A DNA stretch of 55,061 nt from Gammaproteobacteria bacterium (GTDB taxonomy: Bacteria > Pseudomonadota > Gammaproteobacteria > SZUA-140). The notes below the pieces were generated by a model. The model saw only the letters and a list, made by a program, of their open reading frames with translations, ran no database searches and was not told where the DNA came from. Positions 43,540 to 52,576 of this stretch are shown here, one piece after another. A program made the translations under genes and the position numbers. How positions within the stretch are numbered: position 1 is the stretch's first letter; the number at the start of each line of letters is the position of its first letter. The stretch is from contig WGFB01000013.1 in assembly GCA_015492435.1 (NCBI GenBank), forward strand, positions 1-55,061, read 5' to 3'.

Positions 43540-43673
43540 TCCGCCGTGGCATTTGCCTGGAGGAGGGCAAGACAGGCAGGGGCAGGGAGTGGATCGCGCC
43601 GCGCTCAGCACCAGTCCTCGGTCAGTTGCTGGATCACGGTTGAGAGGCCACGGACGCGCCTGCCAGATCTTCC

Positions 43674-44423
43674 CTAATTCAGTTGGGGCGCTATGAGCCC
43701 CGTGGAAATCGCCCTGGCAATCGCCTGCTGGCGGTTGACGACATTGAGTTTCTCGGCGGCATTCTGCACATGGAATATAACCGTGCGCTCCGAAATTTTG
43801 AGTATGCGCGCCGTCTCCCAGGTGGTCTTGCCTTCCGCGGCCCACAAGAGGCACTGTTTTTCCCGCTCTGTCAGGGAGATCTGCGATATGGGCAGGTGAT
43901 CCACCTGGGAGAAAAGCCTGCGCACGGCCTCGTGAAGATGCGCCGTGAAGAGCAAGGCATTGGGGCTCATGGCTTCGATGCGCGGCCCGGCCTTCTTGTG
44001 ATCGTCGGACGAGCCCAGGCTGAACATGGCCGATTCACCGCACGCGGTATGCACGGGGAAGCTGATGCCGCTCCTCAGGCCGTGATCGCGCGCCTCATCC
44101 ATGAACATCCTTGCCTGCTTGTCTTTTTTCTCCAGGGGGGCGACCTGTGACCAGTTGATGGGCAGGGAGCTGCGGGTACAGTGGGCCACGACAGGATCAA
44201 TGCACAAATAGTTTCTTTCCAGATAGCGCTCGCGCCATTTCTCGGGATAGCCGCTGACATAGATGAAGGAAGGCTGGGTCAGGGATGTCGGTATCCTGGC
44301 GCCATAGATGAAATGCTCGGACTCGGAAAAATGGCAGAAATCAGCGCAGACGCCATGGATTGCCTCTAAGGATCCCGCCCTGGACAGAGCGTCGATAAAG
44401 CCATTCAAAGATGTCTGCGCCAT
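43674..44423 (-). CDS. luxR: AHL-responsive LuxR-family regulator
   Basis: Autoinducer-binding residues YPEKW..Y, IDPVV, INW, LRSG; HTH LTEREKQCLLWAAEGKTTWE. Confidence 0.96.
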   Translation of the reverse strand: MAQTSLNGFIDALSRAGSLEAIHGVCADFCHFSESEHFIYGARIPTSLTQPSFIYVSGYPEKWRERYLERNYLCIDPVVAHCTRSSLPINWSQVAPLEKKDKQARMFMDEARDHGLRSGISFPVHTACGESAMFSLGSSDDHKKAGPRIEAMSPNALLFTAHLHEAVRRLFSQVDHLPISQISLTEREKQCLLWAAEGKTTWETARILKISERTVIFHVQNAAEKLNVVNRQQAIARAISTGLIAPQLN

Positions 44424-45043
44424 GCTCGGCTTCTCCGGATTAGGGCACAGTACTGTTTCTTCCCAAAACATGCCGTGCCGCCCGATCACACGTCGTCCGG
44501 CTTTCCCTGACCTGGATCAGTCAATACTAATAACCCGGCCGCGATGAAACATCAAGCCCCGTGATTCTGACCGATACGGGCTCATTTGCAACTTGCCGGC
44601 ATTTCGATTCCCCACACACCCGAAGAACATAGGAATTTTCCGATTCACCAGCGCCACGATATCCGCGGTGCCTGCGCATTGGTATTTTGACATATCAAAA
44701 AGGGTAGCGTAGATTCACGTCATCAACCCGCATTTCTCACCAGGATGGCGGGATGATCGCGTAGAGGATTGGATTCACAAAGGATTTTAGGAAGGAGCGG
44801 AATACCCGTGTGTATTTCCGGCTGAGTAAAATCCTTTGTGGATTCAAGAATCAAGCGAGGGGCCGTCATCCTGGTGAGAAATGCGGGTCAACCCGGCACC
44901 AGAAGGAAGCCACCCATGCGGCTCCGGACCGTCATAGTGATCCTGATCATAGCGGCTCCAGCGTGGCCGGCCAGGCTCTGGAAGGCACGCAGCCCAAGCG
45001 GATCAGCCTGTACTTTCTGTACGATGGGGTGGACGGGCTGAGG

Positions 45044-45529
45044 ATGGGTGAAAAAATCCCTGATCTCCTCGCCACTTGGCGGATGTGCCAGCGCCTGCCC
45101 GCCGGAAAATGGCTGTTCAGCCGCCTGCTGGGCCGGCGCGTGCCCTACTCGGGCAGCATCTCCCCGCTCATTACGGCCCTGCGACCCGGCTACGCGCGGG
45201 TGGAACTGCGCGACCGGCGCGCGGTGCGCAATCATCTCGATTCCATTCATGCCATTGCCCTGGCGAACCTGGGGGAAATCGCCAGCGGCCTGGCGCTGCT
45301 CTGCAGCCTGCCCGCCCATGTCCGCGGCATCGTAACCCATATCTCCATCGACTACCTCAAAAAGGCCCGCGGCCGCCTCGTGGCGGAGAGCCGGGTAACA
45401 TTGCCCGAAGTGAACGGCGACCTCCAACATCGGGTACGGGCCGACATCCGCGATCAATCAGGAGAAGTGGTCGCCCGCATCGAGGTGAGCTGGCAACTGG
45501 GCCTGAAAACCTTGGGAACCTCTGATTAA
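45044..45529 (+). CDS. Hotdog-fold / DUF4442 (PaaI-like thioesterase) protein
   Basis: GKWLFSR..VPYSGSI, VRNHLDSIHAIALANLGE, IDYLKKARG. The last codons come from a MITE. Confidence 0.85.
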   Translation: MGEKIPDLLATWRMCQRLPAGKWLFSRLLGRRVPYSGSISPLITALRPGYARVELRDRRAVRNHLDSIHAIALANLGEIASGLALLCSLPAHVRGIVTHISIDYLKKARGRLVAESRVTLPEVNGDLQHRVRADIRDQSGEVVARIEVSWQLGLKTLGTSD

Positions 45530-45673
45530 TTCTGGACCGGATGGATGGCGAGATGAAATGTTCCGGATCAAGGCGAAAAGCGCAGGCAATCGCATGCTAT
45601 TGCCAAGATTTTCAACGCAGAGCCGGGACATTTCAGCCGCCAGACGCCGGTTCATGAATTGATCAGAGGTTCC
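45515..45673. mobile_element. MITE family A, copy 2 (159 bp, inverted relative to copy 1)
   Basis: Ends GGAACCTCTGATTAATTC / GAATTGATCAGAGGTTCC, flanked by a 4-bp direct repeat CTTG. About 7 mismatches to copy 1 by eye. Confidence 0.9.
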
Positions 45674-45705
45674 CTTGCATGAGGACCTGTAAAAACCGCG
45701 CTGAT

Positions 45706-46707
45706 ATGGATACCCGGCTGCTGGAACATGCCCGTATCGAGGCGCCCCTGTTGTGCGGGGCCATGTATCCCTGCAGCAATCCCGAGCTGGTGGCGGCCGT
45801 CTCGGAGGCGGGCGCCATGGGCATCGTGCAGCCCATCTCCCTGACTTACGTGCACGGTTACGACTTCCGCGCGGGCCTGCGCTACATCCGCTCCCTGACG
45901 GACAAGCCCATCGGCATGAACGCCCTCATCGAAAGGTCGTCACGGCGCTATCACCAGCGCATGGAACAGTGGGTCGATATCGCCCTGGAAGAGGGGGTGC
46001 GCTTCTTCGTCACCTCCCTGGGCAATCCGCGCTGGGTCGTGGACCGCGTGCATGCCACCGGCGGCCGCGTCTACCACGATGTCACGGAATACAAGTGGGC
46101 CGAGAAGGGACGGGATGCGGGCGTGGACGGGCTGATTGCCGTCAACAATCAGGCAGGCGGACACCTGGGAAACCTCGATGCCGCGGCCTTGCACGAGGCG
46201 CTGTCCGGCATGGGCCTGCCCCTGGTCTGCGCCGGGGGTATCGCCACACCCCGCCAGTTCGCCGCCGCCCTGGCCATGGGATACTGTGGCGTGCAGATGG
46301 GCACACGCTTCATCGCCACCCGGGAATGCCGGGCCAGCGACGCCTACAAACAGGCCATCATCCAGGCGCAAGAGGATGACATCGTCACCACGGAACGTAT
46401 TACCGGCGTGCCCGTCTCCGTCATCCGCACGCCCTATATCGAGCGCCTGGGCACCCGCGCCGGCCCGCTGGGCCGCTGGATGCTGCGCGGCAGGCACAGC
46501 AAGCATCTCATGCGGACGCTTTATGCGCTGAATTCCCTATGGCGGTTGAAGCGCTCACTCATGCAGGAGGACAAGGCCGGCGACTACTGGCAGGCCGGCA
46601 AGAGCGCCGGGGCCATTCATGAAATAAGATCCGCGTCCGTCATCGTGCGCGAGTTCGCCCTGGCGCTATCGAGGCTGGACGCGGGAGGCGACATTGGCGC
46701 GCCCTAG
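45706..46707 (+). CDS. Nitronate monooxygenase / FabK-like flavin oxidoreductase
   Basis: PLLCGAM, ELVAAVSEAGAMG, KPIGMN, AGGH, CAGGI, GVQMGTRFIATRE, WQAGKS. Confidence 0.9.
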   Translation: MDTRLLEHARIEAPLLCGAMYPCSNPELVAAVSEAGAMGIVQPISLTYVHGYDFRAGLRYIRSLTDKPIGMNALIERSSRRYHQRMEQWVDIALEEGVRFFVTSLGNPRWVVDRVHATGGRVYHDVTEYKWAEKGRDAGVDGLIAVNNQAGGHLGNLDAAALHEALSGMGLPLVCAGGIATPRQFAAALAMGYCGVQMGTRFIATRECRASDAYKQAIIQAQEDDIVTTERITGVPVSVIRTPYIERLGTRAGPLGRWMLRGRHSKHLMRTLYALNSLWRLKRSLMQEDKAGDYWQAGKSAGAIHEIRSASVIVREFALALSRLDAGGDIGAP

Positions 46708-46771
46708 AGGATTCGAACCTCTGACCTTTGGAATCGGAATCCAACGCTCTATCCAGCTGAGCTAAGGGCGC
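46695..46771 (-). tRNA. tRNA-Arg (CCG)
   Basis: GCGCCCTTAGCTCAGCTGGATAGAGCG-TTGGA-TTCCGAT-TCCAA-AGGTC-AGAGGTTCGAATCCTCT-AGGGCGCGCCA; 77-nt cloverleaf with encoded CCA. Confidence 0.96.
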
Positions 46772-46849
46772 ATGCGTGAGGATTTTCGAGCCGGTATCGA
46801 ACGCCTAATCTACCAGAATCGGATGGTATTTTGTACGGCCGCGGCTAAT

Positions 46850-49234
46850 TTAGGGGATTTTCTCCGCCAGGGGACGATATTGCAGGGCGTAGAACATCTC
46901 CAGGTAGCGGCGCGTCTCCTCGCGCTCCAGGTTGGTGACATAGTTCCAGAAGCCGTAGATGCGGGACAGGGTCATCATGCGCTCGGCATACAGGTCCCAG
47001 GTGTAGCGCTGGCGTATGCGCTCCAGGGCGTTGTCGGAGATTTGCTCCCAGTATTGGGGTGATTCCGCCACGCGGGCAAAGAAATCGGCCATGAGCTGCG
47101 CGGCCTGTTCGCCATGATTGGGCTCGATGTGAAATCCCGAGACGCCATTCTCGATAATCTCCAGGGGCCCGCCGTAGCGGGTGGCGAATGTCGGCAGGCC
47201 GCTGCTCATGGCCTCGATCACCGTCAGGCCAAAGGCCTCGAAAAGCGCCGGCTGCACGAAGGCGCCGCGGTGATCGGCAATATAGCGATAGAGTTCGCCG
47301 GCCATGTTCTTCTCCAGTTGCACGCCCAGCCAGCGCACCTGGCCGTCCAGCTCGTAACGGTCCATCAGCTCGTGCATGCGGGCGATCTGCTCCCGTTCCT
47401 CGCGGTCACCCGAGAGTCCGGCATCCACATGACCGGCCACCAGCACCAGGTTGGCGGCCTCCCGCAGCTGCGGACACTGACCGTACCATTCCACCAGGCC
47501 GGTAATGTTTTTGATGTGGTCGAGGCGCGCCATGGAGAACAGCAGGGGCTTGTCACGGTCCTGCAGTACGCCGCGCGCATCCGGCCCCTGGTGGCTGCCG
47601 AACACGATGTTCTCCAGTTCGCTGTGCAGGGCGGTCAGGCGCCGCTCCCTGTCACTATAGGAAAAATAGATCTCCGGGTTGGCACCCGGAGAAACGATGT
47701 TGAACTTGGGATCGAACATCTCGATGCCATTGACCACCCGGTAGAGTTCCGGCATGGTGAAGGCGCTGTAGCTCTCGTACTGCCCCACGCTCTCGCTGTT
47801 GCCAACAATCTCCTGGTAGGTGCTCGTGATGATGAAATCGGCGGCATTCATGGCAATGAGATCGGCCGTGAACTGGCACGAGAAATGGTATTGCGCCTCA
47901 TTGTCCTTCCAGTAGAGATCGGACATGAGGTATTTGGTTTTCTCCAGGGCATGGGCAATATTGCACTGGGTGACGTGCAGGCTGTGGGCCAGCAGGGTGG
48001 CGACCAGATTGCCATCGGAATAATTGCCCACGATGAGATCGGGGCGGCCCGACAGCTCGGCCAGCACCTCGCGCTCCGCGTCCTCGGCAAAACGCTCCAG
48101 GAAGGGCCAGATCTCGAAGCGGGAGATCCATTGCGGCACCACCTCCCCCTCGGGCGTGCGGAAGGGCACGCGCAGGATGCGCGCCGACTCGGTGCCCACG
48201 ATGGCCTCGATGCGCTGGTCGCAGGTGGTGTTGCCCGCCTCGGGGATGAGGCGCGTCACCACCAGGATCTGCGGATCGATCTCCAGCCCCTGCTCTGTCA
48301 GGCGCTTGCGCATCTCCTTCTCCAGGGCGCGCACCTGGTCCAGGATATAGACCACCTGCCCCCCGGTATCCGGCAGGCCAAGCACGTTGTCCTGGGCGAA
48401 GTAGCCATGAGGGGAGAGAATGACCAGATTGAAAATCATGGGAATGCGGCTCAGGAAACGCTCCAGATTGCCGGGATCGGGCGCCTCCAGGATGTCCGTG
48501 AGCAGGGACATGGTATCGCGGATACGCGCCACCGTCGCCCCCCAGCCGGGCTCGAACCCCAGGGACTGCAGGGAGTGCCCCACCTCGGACCACCCCTCCG
48601 CCGTATCCCGCGCCGCCAGAAAATCATCGGCCTGGCGCAGGCGCTTGCGCAGCTCGGAGACGCTGCCGATGCGGTCATTGAGCATCAACTGCTGTCCCTG
48701 ATATTGATGGACGGTGAGGAAATCCAGGATATGCTGTCCCCCCGACCCCAGTTCCTGGAACAATTGGCTGGAGAGGCGCCGGTTGAGGAATTCCACCCCG
48801 CGCCCGATGGAACGGGACTCGCGCAGCTTGGGGAACTCACGGCTGAAGGGGCCGATATCGAATTCGAGTATGAGATTGCTGTGTGGCCTGCCACTGTCCA
48901 CCAGGCTTTCCTTGCAGGCAAAGTATTGCGAGGTGGAAATGGTTTCAACCTGCAGGGATTCGGCATGGATGCGCAGGTATTTCCAGCGTGCGATATAGGG
49001 CCGCACGGCCAGATAGATCCATGGCGACCTGATGGCGGCTTCCTGGACGGCGCGCAGTGTCTTGCAGAAAGGCGATTCCTGGAAACCAGGATCTTGCGCT
49101 TCGCAACAGTAACTTTCCAGCTCGTCGCTGATCTCCGAGCGCAGCAGAAAAGGCTTGCCCACGCCCGCCAGGCGGCGCAGGAAGGTGAAGCAGGTATCGC
49201 GGTTTTCTTTCAGGTATTCTTGTAGTTCTTGCAT
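46850..49234 (-). CDS. sus: Sucrose synthase (GT4)
   Basis: [64 protein letters not shown]; 794 aa. Confidence 0.96.
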   Translation of the reverse strand: MQELQEYLKENRDTCFTFLRRLAGVGKPFLLRSEISDELESYCCEAQDPGFQESPFCKTLRAVQEAAIRSPWIYLAVRPYIARWKYLRIHAESLQVETISTSQYFACKESLVDSGRPHSNLILEFDIGPFSREFPKLRESRSIGRGVEFLNRRLSSQLFQELGSGGQHILDFLTVHQYQGQQLMLNDRIGSVSELRKRLRQADDFLAARDTAEGWSEVGHSLQSLGFEPGWGATVARIRDTMSLLTDILEAPDPGNLERFLSRIPMIFNLVILSPHGYFAQDNVLGLPDTGGQVVYILDQVRALEKEMRKRLTEQGLEIDPQILVVTRLIPEAGNTTCDQRIEAIVGTESARILRVPFRTPEGEVVPQWISRFEIWPFLERFAEDAEREVLAELSGRPDLIVGNYSDGNLVATLLAHSLHVTQCNIAHALEKTKYLMSDLYWKDNEAQYHFSCQFTADLIAMNAADFIITSTYQEIVGNSESVGQYESYSAFTMPELYRVVNGIEMFDPKFNIVSPGANPEIYFSYSDRERRLTALHSELENIVFGSHQGPDARGVLQDRDKPLLFSMARLDHIKNITGLVEWYGQCPQLREAANLVLVAGHVDAGLSGDREEREQIARMHELMDRYELDGQVRWLGVQLEKNMAGELYRYIADHRGAFVQPALFEAFGLTVIEAMSSGLPTFATRYGGPLEIIENGVSGFHIEPNHGEQAAQLMADFFARVAESPQYWEQISDNALERIRQRYTWDLYAERMMTLSRIYGFWNYVTNLEREETRRYLEMFYALQYRPLAEKIP

Positions 49235-49237
49235 GGT

Positions 49238-51406
49238 CTATGCGAATTCAGCCTTTTGTTTCCCCTGGAACGAGCCAAGGAAGTCATAATATTCAATGCC
49301 TTCGATAATCCCCCAGGCATATTCTCCGGTAGCGAAGTGGATGCGCTCACGGCCACGCAGCGCTTCAAGCTCACCGCTGTGGTTGCCCACCACCACGCCC
49401 AGGGTCTCGCCCGACAACATGTCCTCGTCATTCCCGGAGTCCCCGGCGACAAGGATATGTTCGACGTCTATGCCCCACTTATCGGCAATGTAACGCAAGG
49501 CTGCACCTTTCGAGGCCCGCACCGGCAGGATGTCCAGGTAGGCGCCATGGCAAAAGACCACGTTCACATGCAGTTTCAGTCTCCTCAGCATGCGGATGAT
49601 GTCCTTCACGGGCGGCGCCTTTTCCGGATCGATGAAATAACTGATCTTGAATTCCCGTTGTTCCCGCTGAGGCTGGAGACGCAGGCCCGGGATGCCCTGC
49701 ATCGCCTCCCGCACTTCCGTGGGCTGCCATTGATGCTGGATATGCTGGCGCCAGGTGACATCCTGGACGAGATTGCGTCCATAGTGAATCTCGGTGCCCA
49801 CCGCGGTAATGAAAAAATCCGGCCGCGGCACGCCCCACTTCTTCAATACATCCCGCGCGCTCTCGATGCGCCGGCCCGTGGCGACGCCGAAACCGATGTG
49901 GTGCTCGATACCACGCAGGCGCTCCAGCAGGGAGGCCAAGGCCTCGCGATCGCCAATCAGGGTATTGTCGATATCGCACACCAAAATGCGGTCCGAGGTG
50001 GGCAGGCGGCTTTTCACCGCCATGCTGGGCCGCCTGCCCCGCATGCTCTTTCCAACCACCCGGTTGATTTCCCTCAGGTATTTGACCACATGCCCTTCCC
50101 AGGAGAAATGCTTGCGGGCGCCGTTCAGGCCCGCCTTGGACCAGCGCCGCCATTGCTGCCGGTCCGTCAGGGCATCCACCAGCACCTCTCCCAGCCGGTC
50201 GGAGTCGAGGGGGTCGATGAGCACCCCGTTGCGGCAATACCGGATGATGTCGCGGGGTCCGCCGTCTTCCGTGGCGATGATGGGCAGGCCGCTGGCGGCG
50301 GCCTCCAGCAGCGTCAGCCCGAAAGGCTCGGTGAGGGCGGGATTGACGAACACCCCCTTGCTCTTGGCGGCCAGGCGATAGAGCAGGGGCACGTCCTCGG
50401 GTTCGTGATGCTTGGGATAGGCAACGTGCCCATAGAGATCGTAGCGGTCGATCATGACCATCAGTTCCGTGAGCACGCGGCGCGGACCCTTTTCCATGGT
50501 GGCCAGTTCATCGCGGTTGCCGGCGATGATGATGAGGTTGGCCAGTTCACGCAACTGGGGATTCTCCGCATAGGCGCGCACCAGGGTGGCAATGTTCTTG
50601 CGCGGATCCGGACGCGACAAGGCCAATATCATGGGCTTGTCGGGTTCCGCCAGAAAGCGGGCGATCTCCTGAAAAATGGGCGGCCGGAAACGCCCCCGCT
50701 TGGGGGGGTAGAAACGCCCCAGGTCGATGCCGGGCGGAATGACCACGATGCGTTGCGGCTCGTAGTTGTCATAGAGGCTGTACTGTTCCTCCACCTCCTG
50801 GGCGGTGCTGGCAACGACCAGGGCCGCATGGTCCAGCACCTGGTCCTCCGCTTCTATGCGCTGGCTGATATGATACTGGCTCTCGATATTCTCCTCCTTC
50901 ATCCCCTGCAGCAGCAGGCGCTGGCGCTTGACATGTCCCAGGGAGTGCCCGGTGAATACCAGCGGGGTGTCCAGCAGGGTGGAGAGGCGTATGCCCACGT
51001 ATCCGGCATCGGCATAGTGGCTGTGAATGATGTCCGGTATGCGCCCGACGCGGCGGATATGCTTCAGGGCCTGGTCGGCGAAGCTGTCGAGATAGGGCCA
51101 CAGCACCTCCTTGCGCAGATAGCGCCGCGGCCCGCAGGGCAAGCGGATGATGAAGGCCCTGTCGGCAATCTGTTCCTGGGGCTGGGCATAGTCCGAATCC
51201 ACTTTTGCGTCAATCACCTGGCGCGTCAGGATGTCGACCCGTTCGACGCGGGGGTGATCGGCCAGCGCCCGGCCCAGTTCCAGCACATACTTGATCTGCC
51301 CCCCCGTGTCGGAATCGCGGCCCAGCTCGTTGCTGTGCCCGCGCATGAGGCCGTGGACGCTGATGAGAAGGATGTACATGCCCTTCCCGTTCTCAGCCAC
51401 GGCCAT
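49238..51406 (-). CDS. sps: Sucrose-phosphate synthase with C-terminal HAD (SPP-like) domain
   Basis: SVHGLMRG..ELGRDSDTGGQ, HSHYADAG, TGHSLG, RPDPRKN, PALTEPFGLT; HAD motifs CDIDNTL and AGDSGND. Start at MAVAENG. Confidence 0.95.
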   Translation of the reverse strand: MAVAENGKGMYILLISVHGLMRGHSNELGRDSDTGGQIKYVLELGRALADHPRVERVDILTRQVIDAKVDSDYAQPQEQIADRAFIIRLPCGPRRYLRKEVLWPYLDSFADQALKHIRRVGRIPDIIHSHYADAGYVGIRLSTLLDTPLVFTGHSLGHVKRQRLLLQGMKEENIESQYHISQRIEAEDQVLDHAALVVASTAQEVEEQYSLYDNYEPQRIVVIPPGIDLGRFYPPKRGRFRPPIFQEIARFLAEPDKPMILALSRPDPRKNIATLVRAYAENPQLRELANLIIIAGNRDELATMEKGPRRVLTELMVMIDRYDLYGHVAYPKHHEPEDVPLLYRLAAKSKGVFVNPALTEPFGLTLLEAAASGLPIIATEDGGPRDIIRYCRNGVLIDPLDSDRLGEVLVDALTDRQQWRRWSKAGLNGARKHFSWEGHVVKYLREINRVVGKSMRGRRPSMAVKSRLPTSDRILVCDIDNTLIGDREALASLLERLRGIEHHIGFGVATGRRIESARDVLKKWGVPRPDFFITAVGTEIHYGRNLVQDVTWRQHIQHQWQPTEVREAMQGIPGLRLQPQREQREFKISYFIDPEKAPPVKDIIRMLRRLKLHVNVVFCHGAYLDILPVRASKGAALRYIADKWGIDVEHILVAGDSGNDEDMLSGETLGVVVGNHSGELEALRGRERIHFATGEYAWGIIEGIEYYDFLGSFQGKQKAEFA

Positions 51407-52322
51407 CCTCCGTCCACGCTTCGAGAAAGGCCGTGTAAAGCCCACGGTCTCCGAGGGTCGCGCCCCTGACCCTGCAGATCCTGGCCGCGAAGGCGAGCGC
51501 GCGCTGCAGGATATCCGGCCATTCCCAGCCCCGCTGCATACCCAGGAGGACGACCGCGCTGAAGGCATCGCCGGCACCCACCGTATCCACCACTTCATCG
51601 ACCGTCACCGGATCGCCCCACAGGGTTTCATCCGCGGTGAGCACCACGGCGCCCTGTTCTCCCCGCGTTACGATGAGGACCTGCATGCCGGATTGTTCGA
51701 GCAGCGCCGTGGCGGCCGCCAGCAGATCATCCTCCGCCCCCATCCCGGGCGCGGCCAGTTCCATCAGCTCCCCGTCATTGAGCTTGACGCAATCGGCGCC
51801 CGCTACGTCATCGAGCACGCTTTCACGGCGCCACCAGGGGGCGCGCAGATTGACGTCCACGCAGCGGGGAATGGCCAACTGTGCACGTAAATGCGCCAGT
51901 GTCTGCCGCGAGGTGTCATGGCGGACAGCCAGGCTGCCATGATAGATGAGAGAGACGCGCACCCCGCGGATCGCCTCTTCGACTCCAGAAAGGGCAATGT
52001 AATCATAGGCCTGATGAGACACGATATCGTAGGAGGGCTGCCCGTCCCGGAGGGTCACGGCGACTTTGCCGGTGGAGTGTGCCTCATGCACCTGCACGCC
52101 CCGGGTATCCAGGCCCCAGGCCCGCATCGAATCGAGCACCTCCTCTCCCTGGCGATCCGCGCCAACGGCGCTGACGAAGAGGGGCGCCTCGCCGAATCCC
52201 TGGAGGTGCCAGGCCACATTGAAGGGCGCGCCCCCCAGCACGCGCGCACCATCGGGAAACGTATCGAAGAGCACCTCACCGAATATCAGGGGACGACCTT
52301 GTCCTTGAGGTGGCGCTTTCAT
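51393..52322 (-). CDS. PfkB-family carbohydrate kinase (fructokinase)
   Basis: FGEVLFD, GGAPFNVA, DVNLR, KLNDGE, VTRGEQG, DTVGAGDAF; first gene of the sucrose cluster. Confidence 0.92.
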   Translation of the reverse strand: MKAPPQGQGRPLIFGEVLFDTFPDGARVLGGAPFNVAWHLQGFGEAPLFVSAVGADRQGEEVLDSMRAWGLDTRGVQVHEAHSTGKVAVTLRDGQPSYDIVSHQAYDYIALSGVEEAIRGVRVSLIYHGSLAVRHDTSRQTLAHLRAQLAIPRCVDVNLRAPWWRRESVLDDVAGADCVKLNDGELMELAAPGMGAEDDLLAAATALLEQSGMQVLIVTRGEQGAVVLTADETLWGDPVTVDEVVDTVGAGDAFSAVVLLGMQRGWEWPDILQRALAFAARICRVRGATLGDRGLYTAFLEAWTEDGRG

Positions 52323-52380
52323 GTCGGCGTTTGCGGCGGGGTTTGATTGTCAGTCTGAGGTTTTCTGCTGCTGATTTGAA

Positions 52381-52540
52381 CCTGAATCCGTGGGTTCATG
52401 ATGGCGCATAGCCCAAGCTCTTGATCCCACGGCGGTTCAAAAAATACCCGCTTAACCTATGGGTGAAGCTAAGATTTTTTGATCCCACTGCGGAATCAAA
52501 CTCTCGCGCTCTGCATCCGCCCAGAACCCTCGGATTCAGG
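52381..52540. mobile_element. MITE-like element, family C (160 bp)
   Basis: Terminal inverted repeats CCTGAATCCGTGGGTTC / GAACCCTCGGATTCAGG (16/17 match); internal symmetry TCAAAAAAT..GCTTAACCTATGGGTGAAGC..ATTTTTTGA. Target-site duplication ambiguous (TGAA on both sides, offset by 1 nt). Confidence 0.6.
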
Positions 52541-52576
52541 ATGAACAGTAGCACTTGGGCCCATCCCTTGCAATTC

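Noticed and set aside
43658-43680. Second lux-box-like sequence CCTGCCAGATCTTCCC at the luxR stop
   Set aside because: Only one half-site matches; too degenerate to call.
39059-45673. Composite transposon that delivered the QS locus
   Set aside because: Each MITE has its own target duplication (TAAA vs CTTG) and copy 2 interrupts a resident gene, so they inserted independently after the genes were in place.
46728-46745. A37 rather than G37 in tRNA-Arg(CCG)
   Set aside because: Occurs in other proteobacterial tRNA-Arg(CCG) genes; not unusual.
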